NCBI GenBank assembly: GCA_000934665.2 | Contig: JYFJ02003681.1 | Location: 1 to 38,874, forward strand | Source: Catajapyx aquilonaris | Lineage: Eukaryota | Reading direction: 5' to 3' | DNA: 38,874 nt | Shown here: positions 22,001 to 34,900 of the stretch, piece by piece | Numbering within the stretch: position 1 is the first letter of the stretch | Layout of the letters: each line of letters opens with the position of its first letter | The notes under the pieces: generated by a model | What the model saw: only the letters and a program-made list of their open reading frames with translations | The model's database searches: none | Told to the model about the DNA's origin: nothing | Program-made: the position numbers and the translations under genes

Positions 22001-25000
22001 AAATCAGTATATGGAAGTGAAGGTCCTATTGCTCTACGATGCCTCGTTAGAGCTCACTAGATCTCCATAGTTTGGGCCAAATCATGACGTCACATGCGCC
22101 CGCTCAATTCAAACACGACTGTATCGCTACCGTACGCTGTGTGTTGACATCCCCCACATTTTCACCAAACAATGGAACCGTATAAACTCACAGGCAACGT
22201 CTGGCAATGACCCTGCGAGTTTATACTTTGCCATACCGTTGTCCCTGTGAGTTTATACGGTTCCATTGTTTGGTGAAAATGTGGGGGATGCCAACATGGC
22301 AACGACGAGCAACTCACTGTGTACGGTAGCAATACGGTAGTGTTTGAATTTCCCGGGCAGATGTGACGTCATGATTTGGCCCAATCTTTGGAGACCTCGT
22401 GAGCTCTAACCAGGGGTCTTAGAGCAATAGGACCTTCACTTCCACATTGACTGTCTCCTGCACACTTATTGTATGTCACACATGTACAGTTTTGAGAAAA
22501 CAAGACTTGAAAGTTTAAGCACCTGTAGAAATTAAGGATAATCCTGAAACGATGATCTTGTTCGTGTTGCACGGCAACATGGGAAAGTCATACCACATTT
22601 CTGCAGCTGGTAGTCACGGTGCTGAGGCATCCCATGGTGGACATATCTCGTTATTGCTTAAAAGTGGACATACAATAAGTGTACAGGAGACAGTCGATAT
22701 ACTGGTTTTTCACAAGGAATCTCGCTACCTGAAGCTTGGCATTTACCGAACCACCCTGTATACAAAATACATTTACTTGCTTTTGGAATGTGGGAAGTTG
22801 TTGTGAAATTGAATAATAATGCTTCGTGTTCGTAATGGCATTTATAATAAAAACTTATGTCTCCTTGGGAATTGGTGGCTAATTTTGCCATTTTGTGTAT
22901 GCAGCCTTCAAGAATGATGACAATGTTTGAGCGCTACTTCCCTGCTGATATTGTTCAGTACAGCAAATCCAAGCATTTGTCCCACAAAATAGGACTGGCT
23001 TCAGAAATGTCACCAGAAGGTTACTGTGAGATTGTATCTGAAGAATTGCGCAATGGTGTCCCAGTGAGGATGCGAGACTTGGTTCCCAATATTTCCACGC
23101 AATTCTGGGAGTCTAACCCAGTCATCTGTGTGAATGTCAGTTCCTGGGCATTTTATCTGCATAGTCCGTTAGCTTTTCCAGAGAATTGTCTTCTCAACCC
23201 TCAAGTTCATATGATACTTGACTTGTGGCTGAAGCAGTGTCACTTTAATCTCACTAGATGCCAAAGTAAACTGATGCTTGCAGAAAAAGACTCTGTAGAC
23301 TATGGTGAGTTGCCTTATTATAGTCCACATTCCAAAGAATTGAACACTTGATGCATCGACATGGGGAAGGTTGTAAGTCATAAAAATGTAATTTTATGCA
23401 AGAGGCTAAACATGGTTTTTGGAGCTGAACCTTGTGGACGTGACACAATATAGCACGTCACTTTCATGAACTAATAAGTTCTACCTACTGACTTGCCATT
23501 GGCACGAGCACTTACTATTTTTCACCTGAAAAATGGGAAGAAAAAAAAAATTGGACTTGCACCTTTTTACATGTCAATGTCTCAGTTTACTCGTAGAATT
23601 GTAATATGTTTTGAAACTGCTGTTGCTGTAGTATTACAGCAACAGTTCTCAACCGGTGGAGCGCTGGGGGGTGCGTGGAGGGTCGGCAGGGCGGGCGCGG
23701 GGCGAATCCAAAAATTATGTGACTCGAAACAGGCGCAAAAGTCGCACTGATTAAGTAAGAACTACTTCTCAGGGCTTACTGTAGCATGCAGTTCTACACA
23801 ATTTGTGCAGTTCTGAAAGCCAAAAGTGCAATTCTGAATAAGGACTTGTGCAATCAGAAAATAGCAGGCAAGTCTGTTCCCGATGTGGCAAAGTTGAGAA
23901 CCGCTGTATTACATGATTTGATATGAGTGAATGGCACAGGGGTGTAGAGATTTAGGCCTTGCCATATCAGCTACAATGAAATCTGCCCATAGCAGACTTG
24001 GTATACAGCAGAACCTTGTCTACCGCATAAAACATTTCTGGTCACATGAGCAAGAGAAGATTTTCCGTTTATTTTTGTCTGATACAGGGAGACTTCTCTA
24101 GTGGACTAATTGAATGTGTGTAGAATTCCATTCACAAATTTGTGCTCCAAAAAACCACTAGCCTGTTTGAAATTGGTTATCAACACGATGTCCTTCTTGG
24201 ACTCCCAAAACTTGAACAGACCCTAAGTTGTGGTCTTGGCAACTCCTAATTCCATGACATAAGTTTGGTCCATGGGTGTGATGGAAGTTTATCTCAGCTG
24301 GGAGAGAGTTATCTAGCTTCTCCGAGTTCTTCCAATTTTTGCTGCTTTAATATTACATCAGCAGCAGCGTTATAAAGTAATTAGTAATCCTGACGAGGCT
24401 GCTGGCCTAATATGAGCTATCCACTTCTTGATCATTACTCCCTTTGTTGTTGCTGCTGCTTCTGTTGTAATAATTATGTGCTATGAATTGTTATTTTCAA
24501 TCTTAGCAGGTGTAATTGGCTGACAACATTTTTACAGCGATCAAGAAGTCCAAGGTAAAGAAGAAGAAGCTTTTGGAGCAGATTGATGCCAACAAACTAC
24601 ACGGGCTGGTTTGGTCGTACAGAGTCACTGCTGATGTTGTTGAAAATGGTGAGGGAAGTTTGTATGTTGTACATATTTTATGGAGTTGCAGGCAATGCTT
24701 GCTACTGTCTTTGGGATTACAGAAATAGAGCAAATCTCCAAAAGTCAGTGTGGGGCAATGTCACAGTTTGAAAGCCTGACTGATCCACTCCTCATTGCCA
24801 TGCTGCCTTGGAAGGAACAATTGTGCAATTACTGGTTGACCGCCATGGTGGCCACGATTTATAAGGTTAGGTTTAGATAGATTTTGTTAACCCAATTTCG
24901 GTGCTGATAAAGCAATTTGTAATTTTAGCTGAAGGAAGTCCTGGTCCCTTTTTTTTATTACCCAATACCTGTGAAGGCACATTCCTTGCTAAAGTTGTTT

Positions 25001-28000
25001 GATGAAGGGATACTGGAGGAAACTCATGCAGCCCTTATGATGGCTTGCTTGGAATGGGATGCATTGACGCAAGCCGTTTTGGGTGGAGATCGCGCTGAAA
25101 TACGAAGGAAAGAAAGCTCAAGTTTTGAAAAATTCACTGGTGCCTCATGTTTTTGCAAAATTATATTTTACTTTTTTTAAATATAGGAACCATCCACGTA
25201 TGAGGAAGGAACTGTGCAAATGCCTCCAGTTCGTCGCACCACGACTGCAGTTGTTGCTCAAATACAAAGGCAGTATTGTAAATGGTGAGCATACCCAATT
25301 TTTGTTGCTACTTCTAATTTTGCAATTGAATATGGAGGGATTGAGGAAAGCATTCAAGTCGCAAGTCATGCCGTTTGGAGCATGAATTTTCATGAGTAAT
25401 GTTACGCTCACTTTCTGCAATGAAATCAAAGGGGATCTAATTTTATGTTTCAAGCAATTTCATGTTAGTGCTAAATAGTGAAATAACGAAGAATTCTTTT
25501 CCACACTAATTTCTGAACGTAATGCAACATTAAAAAACTGAATAACATGCAAAGAAATAAGAGTGCAACTTGTGAAATGCGAGACAAAAAATATACCATA
25601 ATAAAATTATATAATTTTGTATTATTTCACGGAACATGACACTTCATGTCTGTGGCATGTCACAATCCTCACTTTTGTAGTTTTTCAAAATATAAAACAA
25701 TATTTCTAAATTTTTCTGGGGATATTTTAAAAAAACTTGAAACTGAAGAACTTTATTTCACTATTGTCCCATAGCTGAACATGGGAAAACTTTACATCTT
25801 GCTTTTTCCCACATATGGTAGGAAATATGCATTATGTCTTTGTTGGGAATAAATTGCATGAGTGGGAGTGATATAATTATGAGTTTGCCTTTCAAAAATT
25901 AAAACTGACTATGTTTTCCAGTATTGATGAAATTCATGAAGGGTGACCTGTGGAGCTCAGAACAACCACGGTACATCACGTATCGCACTGGAAAAATTGT
26001 GCAAAGGGTAGAGAATGATAGGATCACCATGCATGAAATTGAGGGAATATTTTCAGGAACTTACAGGTGAGCAAGAGGAGTTATGAGAACACCTTTCTTA
26101 TTGTCCATGTTGCTTTCCTATCATCAAATATTTTTCAGGCATGCATATTCATGGATGAACAAGATAGTCTCACCCCCAAATCTTGTTTATGATTATCTCG
26201 TTGAAAGAAGAACATGTTATGATATTAAGGTGTGATTTCAGTTTCAGAATGCCTATTTTCTTAGAAATAATGTGGGTCTTATTGACTGCCTTTGTTTTCT
26301 CCCCTAAAGAAAAGCTGTGGAGGTTTTGAGAATTTCGTAGAAAGTGCATACGCTCTTTTTGTGATGCAAGGGTTTAGGATGAATGCAGCGCATCTGATAC
26401 AACACCATACTCATGGTAATTCTGACATTAAATATGAAAATGCCCATTTCATGTGCATTCTTCCAATGCAGATTTGTTCACTGCTGACCCTGGATGTGAT
26501 GAATTTCAATTTATGGAGGAAGCTAAGTTGTTTCTTAAAAAGTTGGCTCAAGAAGGACATGTGAATCACCAGTGCTGTGATATTATTTGCAAGGACATTC
26601 GCCTTAAGAAGGAACTGAAGGACTGCTCTGGTAATATTTTGTAGTTTTAAAACCACATTGATATTATAAAGGTATTGTGATTATACATTGCTTGGAATAC
26701 TGCAAAATTTATTTTAAAAATAAGTACAACTTTTGACGTGATATTTATTTTCCACCTTGATAGGTATTCAATGATTTATATTTCTGGCTTGATATTTTTA
26801 GTCTAAAGTTAATGCTTTTTTTGAAGGGCATTGTCTGGATTGGGGAAACGTGGATGAGAAACCAGAGAGAGCTGCTATTTACTTGCTACGAGGCCTTCAA
26901 CAAATGGGGAAATTCAGAGCTAACTTTTGGACACATCTCAAAAGTCATGTAAGAAAGCTGCGTACAATTGTCCATGTAAATATGTAGACTGTAAATCTTG
27001 TGTGGTTGCAGGTACCTCCTCTTGGAAATGGATGCTTGCAAGGGTCACAGGTTGATGCACAACGTAAAACAGGAAGCAACTCATCTGAAAATCAACAAGG
27101 CTCACACAAAGGCAAAAAGAAGAATGGAGACGCATCATTCCAGGCAACTAGCCCTGAAATCGAGTCTTCAGCTCCACAGGTCGTGGTGAAAGACGCAATG
27201 ACAACTCTAGTTCACACCATTTCATAGGTTAACATATTTTTTCTTTTTTTCTTATTGTAGGACCATGTGCAGACTCCATTTCTCAGCATGATTGAGGGTA
27301 CATTTGGCTATGAGTCTACTAAAGCAACTGTTAAGTTGGATGTCACTCTGCAGAACATTGCCAGACACAGTGAAATTCAAATGCCAACAGGATATGAAAC
27401 TAGGATGCAGAAATACCTCGAGACTAACCCACCAGAAAGCATTGGTCTGAAAGAATTGAAAACCATGATAAGAAAGGAGAGCAAGAAGTGGGAAAAGGAT
27501 GGCTTGACCATTGGCCATGTGTTTAGCGGAGATTCACCTAATTTTGCGAGAGTCGAGTTTCCTTATAGGCCATTGGGAAGTGCCGCAATATTGCCTGAGA
27601 CTACTGATATACACCAAGTTGAATCATTTTTGGATAGCATGGGGAGTCACTGTAGTCTAATCGTGAAGGAGATGTACCAAATGTACTATGATAAGGAAGC
27701 TAAGAAGTATACCCCTCAGGATGTCCTCGTCTTTGAATATCGACACGAAATGACATTAGTGGAATGCTTTCCGCTTGAAATTCAAGCTGTGCGCACACTC
27801 TTGGAGCAGATCAAGTCCAATCCCAGTAATGAAGAAGAAAAAAGAGAACAGCTGAAATTCCAGCTTCAGTTAGTGGCCCACCGTGCAAGATGGCTGGAAA
27901 GAGAGTATCTCATATGGAAAGGTAGGCTATTGATTTTTACAATATGTTGTTATGATATGTTATCAATCGGTGTAGTGTATCCCTTGGTTTTATCATCGGC

Positions 28001-31000
28001 TAATTCCACGCGTGACTTACACGACATGACACTCAGTTTATGCCTGACTTTTAATTTTTTTAAGCACAAACTTAGCACTTAAGGAAAGGGTGTTTAAACA
28101 GAAATAGGCAGTATGTATCTAAGTGTTAATTAATGTTTTGATTTTAACAGTTCCACATTTTATTTGAGTTATATAATTGAAGAATCACCCCTAACAATGT
28201 TGTAAGTGACATTGGTGAAAATGATCACTTACAACATTATTCGGGGCGACCCTTCATATTAAGGAAATTTGTGACTTACACGACAAGAAAGCCACTGGGA
28301 AGAGAGGCTTCAGATATGAATTTAAAATTCTTCACATTTATGACTTAAATGTTAGTGTTATTGGGGTGAGGATATTTTCAAAGACCCAAATTAAAATATT
28401 ATTATGTGAACTTGGTGTTATGTTATTAATTTTGCAAGAAATAAGATATTTCTTAATTGTGACGTAACACGACACATGAAACGTGACTTACACGACACTT
28501 TTGTCCTGATTGCTTTCTGATTAGATTCATGAGAAGAATTTTGGATTTTTAGCACATAATTAAAGTAATCTATTTTTGTTATTTTATTAAAACATTTAAA
28601 TCATAGGCCTACATGAGAATGTGCAGGGCTACAATTGTTAAAATTAACATTTGAACATGTATAATGCATATACAGGGTGGTCCAACTTTTTTGTCCGAAC
28701 AGCTATTGACAAATTCGGCCTAAGCTGCTTATGTTGTAGTGCGTTACCTGGCAACCCTGTCCGGCGGGCCAATTCAAACATCAGCCCATGGAGACTGCTT
28801 CCATTGTTGCCACTGTTTACTAATTGAGTGAGTGACGCGGATGACCCAGCGACGGATCTCTTCTGCCTGCGCACTCACTCATTCGATTTGTAAACAGTGG
28901 CAACAATGGAAGCGCTCTGCATGGGCTGATGTTTGAATTGGCCCGCCGGACAGGGTTGCCAGGTAACGCACTACAACATAAGCAGCTTAGGCCGAATTTG
29001 TCAATAGCTGCGTGATAGCTGTTCGGACAAAAAAGTTGGACCACCCTGTATAATGTGTGTACCTGAGCAGACAGCAGTGGAGTCATTGTATTGTCATGTG
29101 ATATGGCCAGATGTGATACCGGATGGTCATTGCTGTCCACCCTGTCATGGGATATAATGCGATGAAGGCGGAATGTAGGCTACTACATTGTATGTAGTCT
29201 ATATATGTGTATCAATGGTCTATTGCACACCCACCATATTGTAAATAAACAGTGTTCTTAACGTGAATGTATGTGACAATTTCCTAATATCTGTTCAAAA
29301 ATTTTAAAAATACACAATCTCAGTTTTCAGAAAAGACCATGATATCATAGGAATCATTTATTTTAAAATCTAACCCTGATGTATACTTTTGCATGGAATT
29401 AGCCCATGATTACTGCATTGTTGATTACTGCATGTGAGATCCATTTTGTGTCAGGGGATCATTTCGCTTATTTATTGCTCATGCTGTTAAAAACTTGCTT
29501 CTAAAGTAGCAGTTGTCCTGCCACTTCCATTTCACCAGCATGATCAATCTTGTTGTAGTAAGGGGACATGTAATACATATGTATGCTGCAATTTTAATGG
29601 AATAATTGCAGGTTCACCGCCATGTGTACGCGACATTCTGTGTCTAGATGGAGATGTAGATGAGCATTGCAACCGAATGAGAGTTATAGTACTGAGAGCC
29701 ACGATGCTTTTGAGGTCCATTTTTACATGTAACCTGAATGCAGGTGGATCTGAAACATGGCCAGTCAGAAAGGTAATGTAATGAAGTACAGTCGGTTCAT
29801 GAATTTCCTTTCCACATGAGGTGGCGAAATTAGCCTCCAACAGAGGTGCTGCCTCCCCTTGATGCAATGTCTTGCACTCCCCTAGCTAGCATCTTTGTTG
29901 GAGGCTAATTTCGCCACCTCATGTGGAAAGGAAATCCCTTAACCGGCTGTACATTATTATCAGTGAAAATATATTCAGGTGCACTGCCAAGCCACTGGAA
30001 GTTTGGGAAAAAAGGGGGCCACTACTTGAGTCAATACAGGCTGTACTTTCTAGGTAATTTCTTAGTGAATTGGTTAGTTTCAAAAGTGTTTCTTAGACAA
30101 TCTGTTAATATGCACCCTCCATATCCTTGAGGTTTAGTACCAGGACTAACTGCGGATTCCAAAACCCATGCATGGTCAAGTCTGACGACTCAAGTGAAAA
30201 CCCCATATCTTCGAAAATCACATAAATGGAGATAAATGGAGATAAATGCACCATTGTACCCCTCTTTGCAAGCCACACCTTTTGATACAAAGCCTGTAGG
30301 AGCAACCCTTGCAAAGTTTTGGCCAGTTGAAATCATGCACTTCCATATGCGATAATGGAAACCAAAAACTTCAAACGCGAATATCGTGAAATGACAAAAA
30401 GGCAAGATACAGGGTTTTCACTTTGGCTGTCGGAAGTCCCTTTTATAAAATGCCATAGTGTGTGCATGTAACATAGGCATATCCTTCTAAGTCCTCTCTG
30501 GATTACTTTTAATCTATACATTAATGAGCTTGTCGCTTCGCTATAGAAATCCAGGGGAATGCCCCTACACCGCCTTGAAATAGCTCTTCAGGGGATACTT
30601 TTTTCGAGGAATTTAATGCCACATTATTTCAGCTTCCGAAAATGAGCCTACCCGCATATTCCCGATTCCTGTTGCTGCAACCGTCAACGATAAAAAACTT
30701 AACAATATAATATTGACATAATTTATCAAATCAATAACAATATCAACAATTGCTGTACTCTTCTCCAATTTCTCCATCCCATGGAGATGCCCTTGCGCAA
30801 CAATATCTCGCAAATTAAAGAAGGGGTTTTGCATTTGCCACATCGATTTCCAACCACCGATACAGCATTGTATCTATATATGTTGCTCCTCTCTTTTTTA
30901 CACGTCCCAACGTCGTAAATTCAATGCATCCGTCAATTACGCTAATTGGCCACCTCATGTGAGTTCGTATTGTATGGTCATTCCAGAATTTTTTGGCATT

Positions 31001-31968
31001 TGAAAGTAGACTTCCAGGCACAAATAAATACCAAAAAAAAAAAAAACTATTTACAATAGTTACTGACAGTGCACAGTGGGGCAGATTTGTGAAAAGGTGG
31101 ACAATTTTTTTTTAGACAGTGAGTGTACTGTGTAAAAAGTATCATATGACATTATCAGCACCTTTGAGCATCACAAATGAGCAGTAATTAACCACAGCTG
31201 GACTTAGAAACTTATCCAGCTGCCCAAATAGGGCCGATATGTAAAAGCATTCTGCCACCCTCTTCTTCAGTGAGTGTGTTCGGCCCTAAGTCGGAGGAAT
31301 GTTCTTTGGCTCTCTAATTTTTGAGGCCAATTTCCCACTATGCTGTCTGTGTTTCAAAGTATGAGCTACATCCTCGTCACATTTTTGATACTCTGATACA
31401 TCATCTTCGAAAATAATCTTCATGTTGAAATACGTGCCTTTTTATAACACTAATGCAAATAAGAACACGGTGTTCTTCTCATACAAAACTCACTTCATGC
31501 CGTGCCCCTGAGATATATGTGGTAAGACAAAGATGAAGTCCTTGGCAACTTGAAAAATCGAACTTTGGCTGCACTAACTTGCACTCAATTAATAGAAAAA
31601 ATACAACCCCCCCCCCCCCCCCTCCAGGTACTGAATCTAATTTAATTTAAACGAATTTAATTGAACATTATGTATGAAAACTTTCGCTGTGAGTGAGTCA
31701 CCTCTGCCAAATACTTATGCGGCTTTCCCCGTGTCAGTAGAATTTTGACTGACTCGAACGGAATGATTTAACATAATGCAGTATGTTTTTGTTGCAAACA
31801 TAATTAGCTGCCAGGGCTAACATTTTACATGTCATTATCTTTTACTGTCCATTCATTTCGCAAGTTTTCACAAATACTAAATGGAAATGTCCCACATGAC
31901 CGCCATATTGGATCCACCATTTTTATTTGCACATTTTTGAGAGCATAAATAGAATCAGCAAGTTAAAA

Positions 31969-31999
<31 letters not shown>

Positions 32000-34900
32000 T
32001 AAATTTTTTTCATGACTGTCCAACTAATATTTATATAAATGTCCGCCTTTTCACAAATGTGGCACACTGTGCAGTGGTGTAAACAAAATTTCCCATTATC
32101 AGGCATCTGTACGTACATTTCTAAAGTTCTTCAGGGCAAACATATGGAACGAGGTGGGGATGTGAGATGGGGTTGGGGGGTGAAGGGGTCAAAAATTCAG
32201 GGGAAAAAAACACATGGCTGCGCAGTCTTTTCCTGGGCCAACTCTATCCATATTCCTCTTTTTACACATCCAATCAGCATGTCGGCATCGACTACGCAAT
32301 AACCGAAGCAGGTAATCTATCACAGATAGTGACAAACTTTGGCTTATTGTAACTTATAAGGCCTATTTGAAGGCATATAGAGTTTCAAGTGTATGGAACG
32401 TAAATACAGTAAAACTTCTATAAGTCGAATCTCCATGGGACCGGAAAAAGATTTTGAGTTGCAGAAGATTCGAGTTTGGCTTTTTTAAAGCATATAATGC
32501 TGTATGGGAGCCTACCTTTATATCCAGCGACGAAAGGTGTTCAAAACGTAAAAATAACTGTCACTATCACACTTATAATGCTCCTCATTGTTTTATTGCA
32601 AAAGTAATCTCCCTTATGGACGTTTTCCTACTCTTAGATTCAAGGATTCAATCGTCACAATCGAGTCAAACTTTTCTTTGGGTACGTCTGGTAGACGGAG
32701 ATCAGGAAATTGAGCCTTTCTGTACATGTGGCCTACTCTCGACCCTTCGGCTGGGAAATGAGAAAATTTTCTGTACTCGCCAACATGAAGTTCGACTTAG
32801 GGCCAGACTGAAAATGCATTGATATCCCATCGTAAGGCCCTGCCAGCACTTCGAGTTATGGAGAACTTCGAGTTATAGAAATTCGAGTTAGGGAAATTTA
32901 TTTCCTATTCTTTTACATTGTGACCAACCAAGCTCTTCATTTTCTTTGACTTATAGAGAACTTCCACTTAGGGAAGTTCGACTTATAGAAGTTTTACTGG
33001 TCAAACAAACTAACTTCCGAAAATATACATACCCCTACCTTTACCAGCACCCCTACATACCCGGGCAATGCCTGGTAACATGCTAGTACCTAATATTAAG
33101 TAAATGCTGTGCAAATAATAGTTATAATGTATTGTAGTGCTTAGCTCACAGAAAATTCACCTTTTGCTTTTTGGAACTTTCCGGCTTATTTCCTACTATT
33201 TTTAATATCCTGATGTAAGGCCAGCATATACGGATGGCCCACCATACTTACCAGTGATTTCTGAGTCATCGGCATTTCTCAAGGAGGTTTGTTTTTAGGG
33301 GATACTAGATTATTTCATGAGAAATGTTTGCTGCAGTTCAAGATTACAAGTCACCTGTCTGGCCTGTGACGAAGTTTCAGAACAAGTGCATTTCATCAAC
33401 TTGTTCCCTTAATCAATTTTTCAATATTTTAGGAAATCTTGGAAGCTATGGAGAATATTGCGTTTCACTACTCTGGTGGTGCCAATAAGTACTTCAATAT
33501 GGATCCTAACATGAAATGTGACTCATATGACGTGTATGAAGATGAAACTGGACCATCACATGAGTACATGAATAAACTCATCACCCACTGTGTTACAGGT
33601 GAAATAATTCTGAAAGTTGTAAAATAGTAGCATTGGAATTTGGTTGCTGATATCACGATGGCAACAGTAAAGCTAACTAAGAGAGGCTTGTGGCATCAGT
33701 ACCAACTTCCACTGCTGAGCGTACAGGTTTTGTTATGTAACCATATACTTTTCTTTAGTGTGGGGATACACACCCGCATTCCAATTGTGGAATCCTGAAG
33801 GAAATGCTTGCGGAAGTGAAGATAAATGGTATCATCAGCAGCTGCTGGATGCCACTAATTATATGCTAACGAGTTACTACTTGCACTCGAAAGCACAGTC
33901 TGACCAAACGGTTGAACTGCACAAAGGCATTGGAGAGAAGATAGTAAGTGTCAGTGCACTACAGAGCAGACATTTCTGTTATTAAAATGCATGGAAATTT
34001 TAGGCTGAGATGGGCTCGCTACTGAAGCAAAAAGTGGACATGAAAATTGGGGATTCAGAGCCGCTGGCAAGACTGTTGAAGGATGGCACAGAAGACATAT
34101 ATAGAGTGCTGAAAGCTCTTCCACATATTCATTTCTGCCAGCCCATTCCAGAACATGTTGTGTCTATCGATGGGTGGACAGAAACATTCAAAGAAATGCG
34201 ACAATGTTTCCATCAGAATCTGGAGTGGAACAGTGAGTTTTAATTACACATGTAAAGGGTCTCAAGCTGGTGAGGGTGATGGCTGATAAAGATCTTACAT
34301 TTTACTTCCTGCGATGTGTCATTGACTGAACTCCAGCATCCTGCCACTCGAATGCATTTGAAGTCATAGGACATGAACTGTTATAAATTTTTGTGTATGA
34401 AAGATGGGATGATTTTAGTCACCTTAGAAATAATTGGGCATGCATATGTATTAAATGTCTTTCATTTCAGAAAGAGAATCTTTAGAGGATGGCAATAATG
34501 GGACAAAAGACAAAGTTGAGGCAGCAGAAGAGGTAAAGGAAACAAAAGATGCCAGGAGAAATCAAGAGAGTAGCAAAAAGACAACTACTCTACCAGGTAG
34601 TTATTAATATAATTTTTAATTTAAACATTACACGTTTTGCAAGAATGGAATAATGAAGGAAAAAAGAAATTGTGCCGAGACTTAGGCTTGCATTTCATGT
34701 GTTGCCTTTCAGGAAAAAAGACTAAGAAGAAGAAAAAGAAGAATAAAACCAAGAAAGTGCCAACTGAGCCAACGAAAGAGCTGAAGGAAGTAAGAGATGA
34801 AAACCAAAGCCAAGAAGTGAAGCAGGAAAAAGGCACAGGAACTGAGCACTCTGCAGTTCCTGTACTTGGTAAATAGTAACATTACCTGAAAATTAAACAT

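Noticed and set aside
28012..28499. CRISPR-like repeats
   Set aside because: Eukaryotic intron, 14-bp repeats with irregular spacing, no cas genes.
28644..29140. 76-aa and 106-aa minus ORFs
   Set aside because: They lie across a palindromic MITE; no coding signal.
30180..31021. Minus-strand ORF pieces (FWNDHTIR...) as a decayed transposase or gene
   Set aside because: Multiple stops and only a faint motif resemblance; cannot be supported without a translated search.
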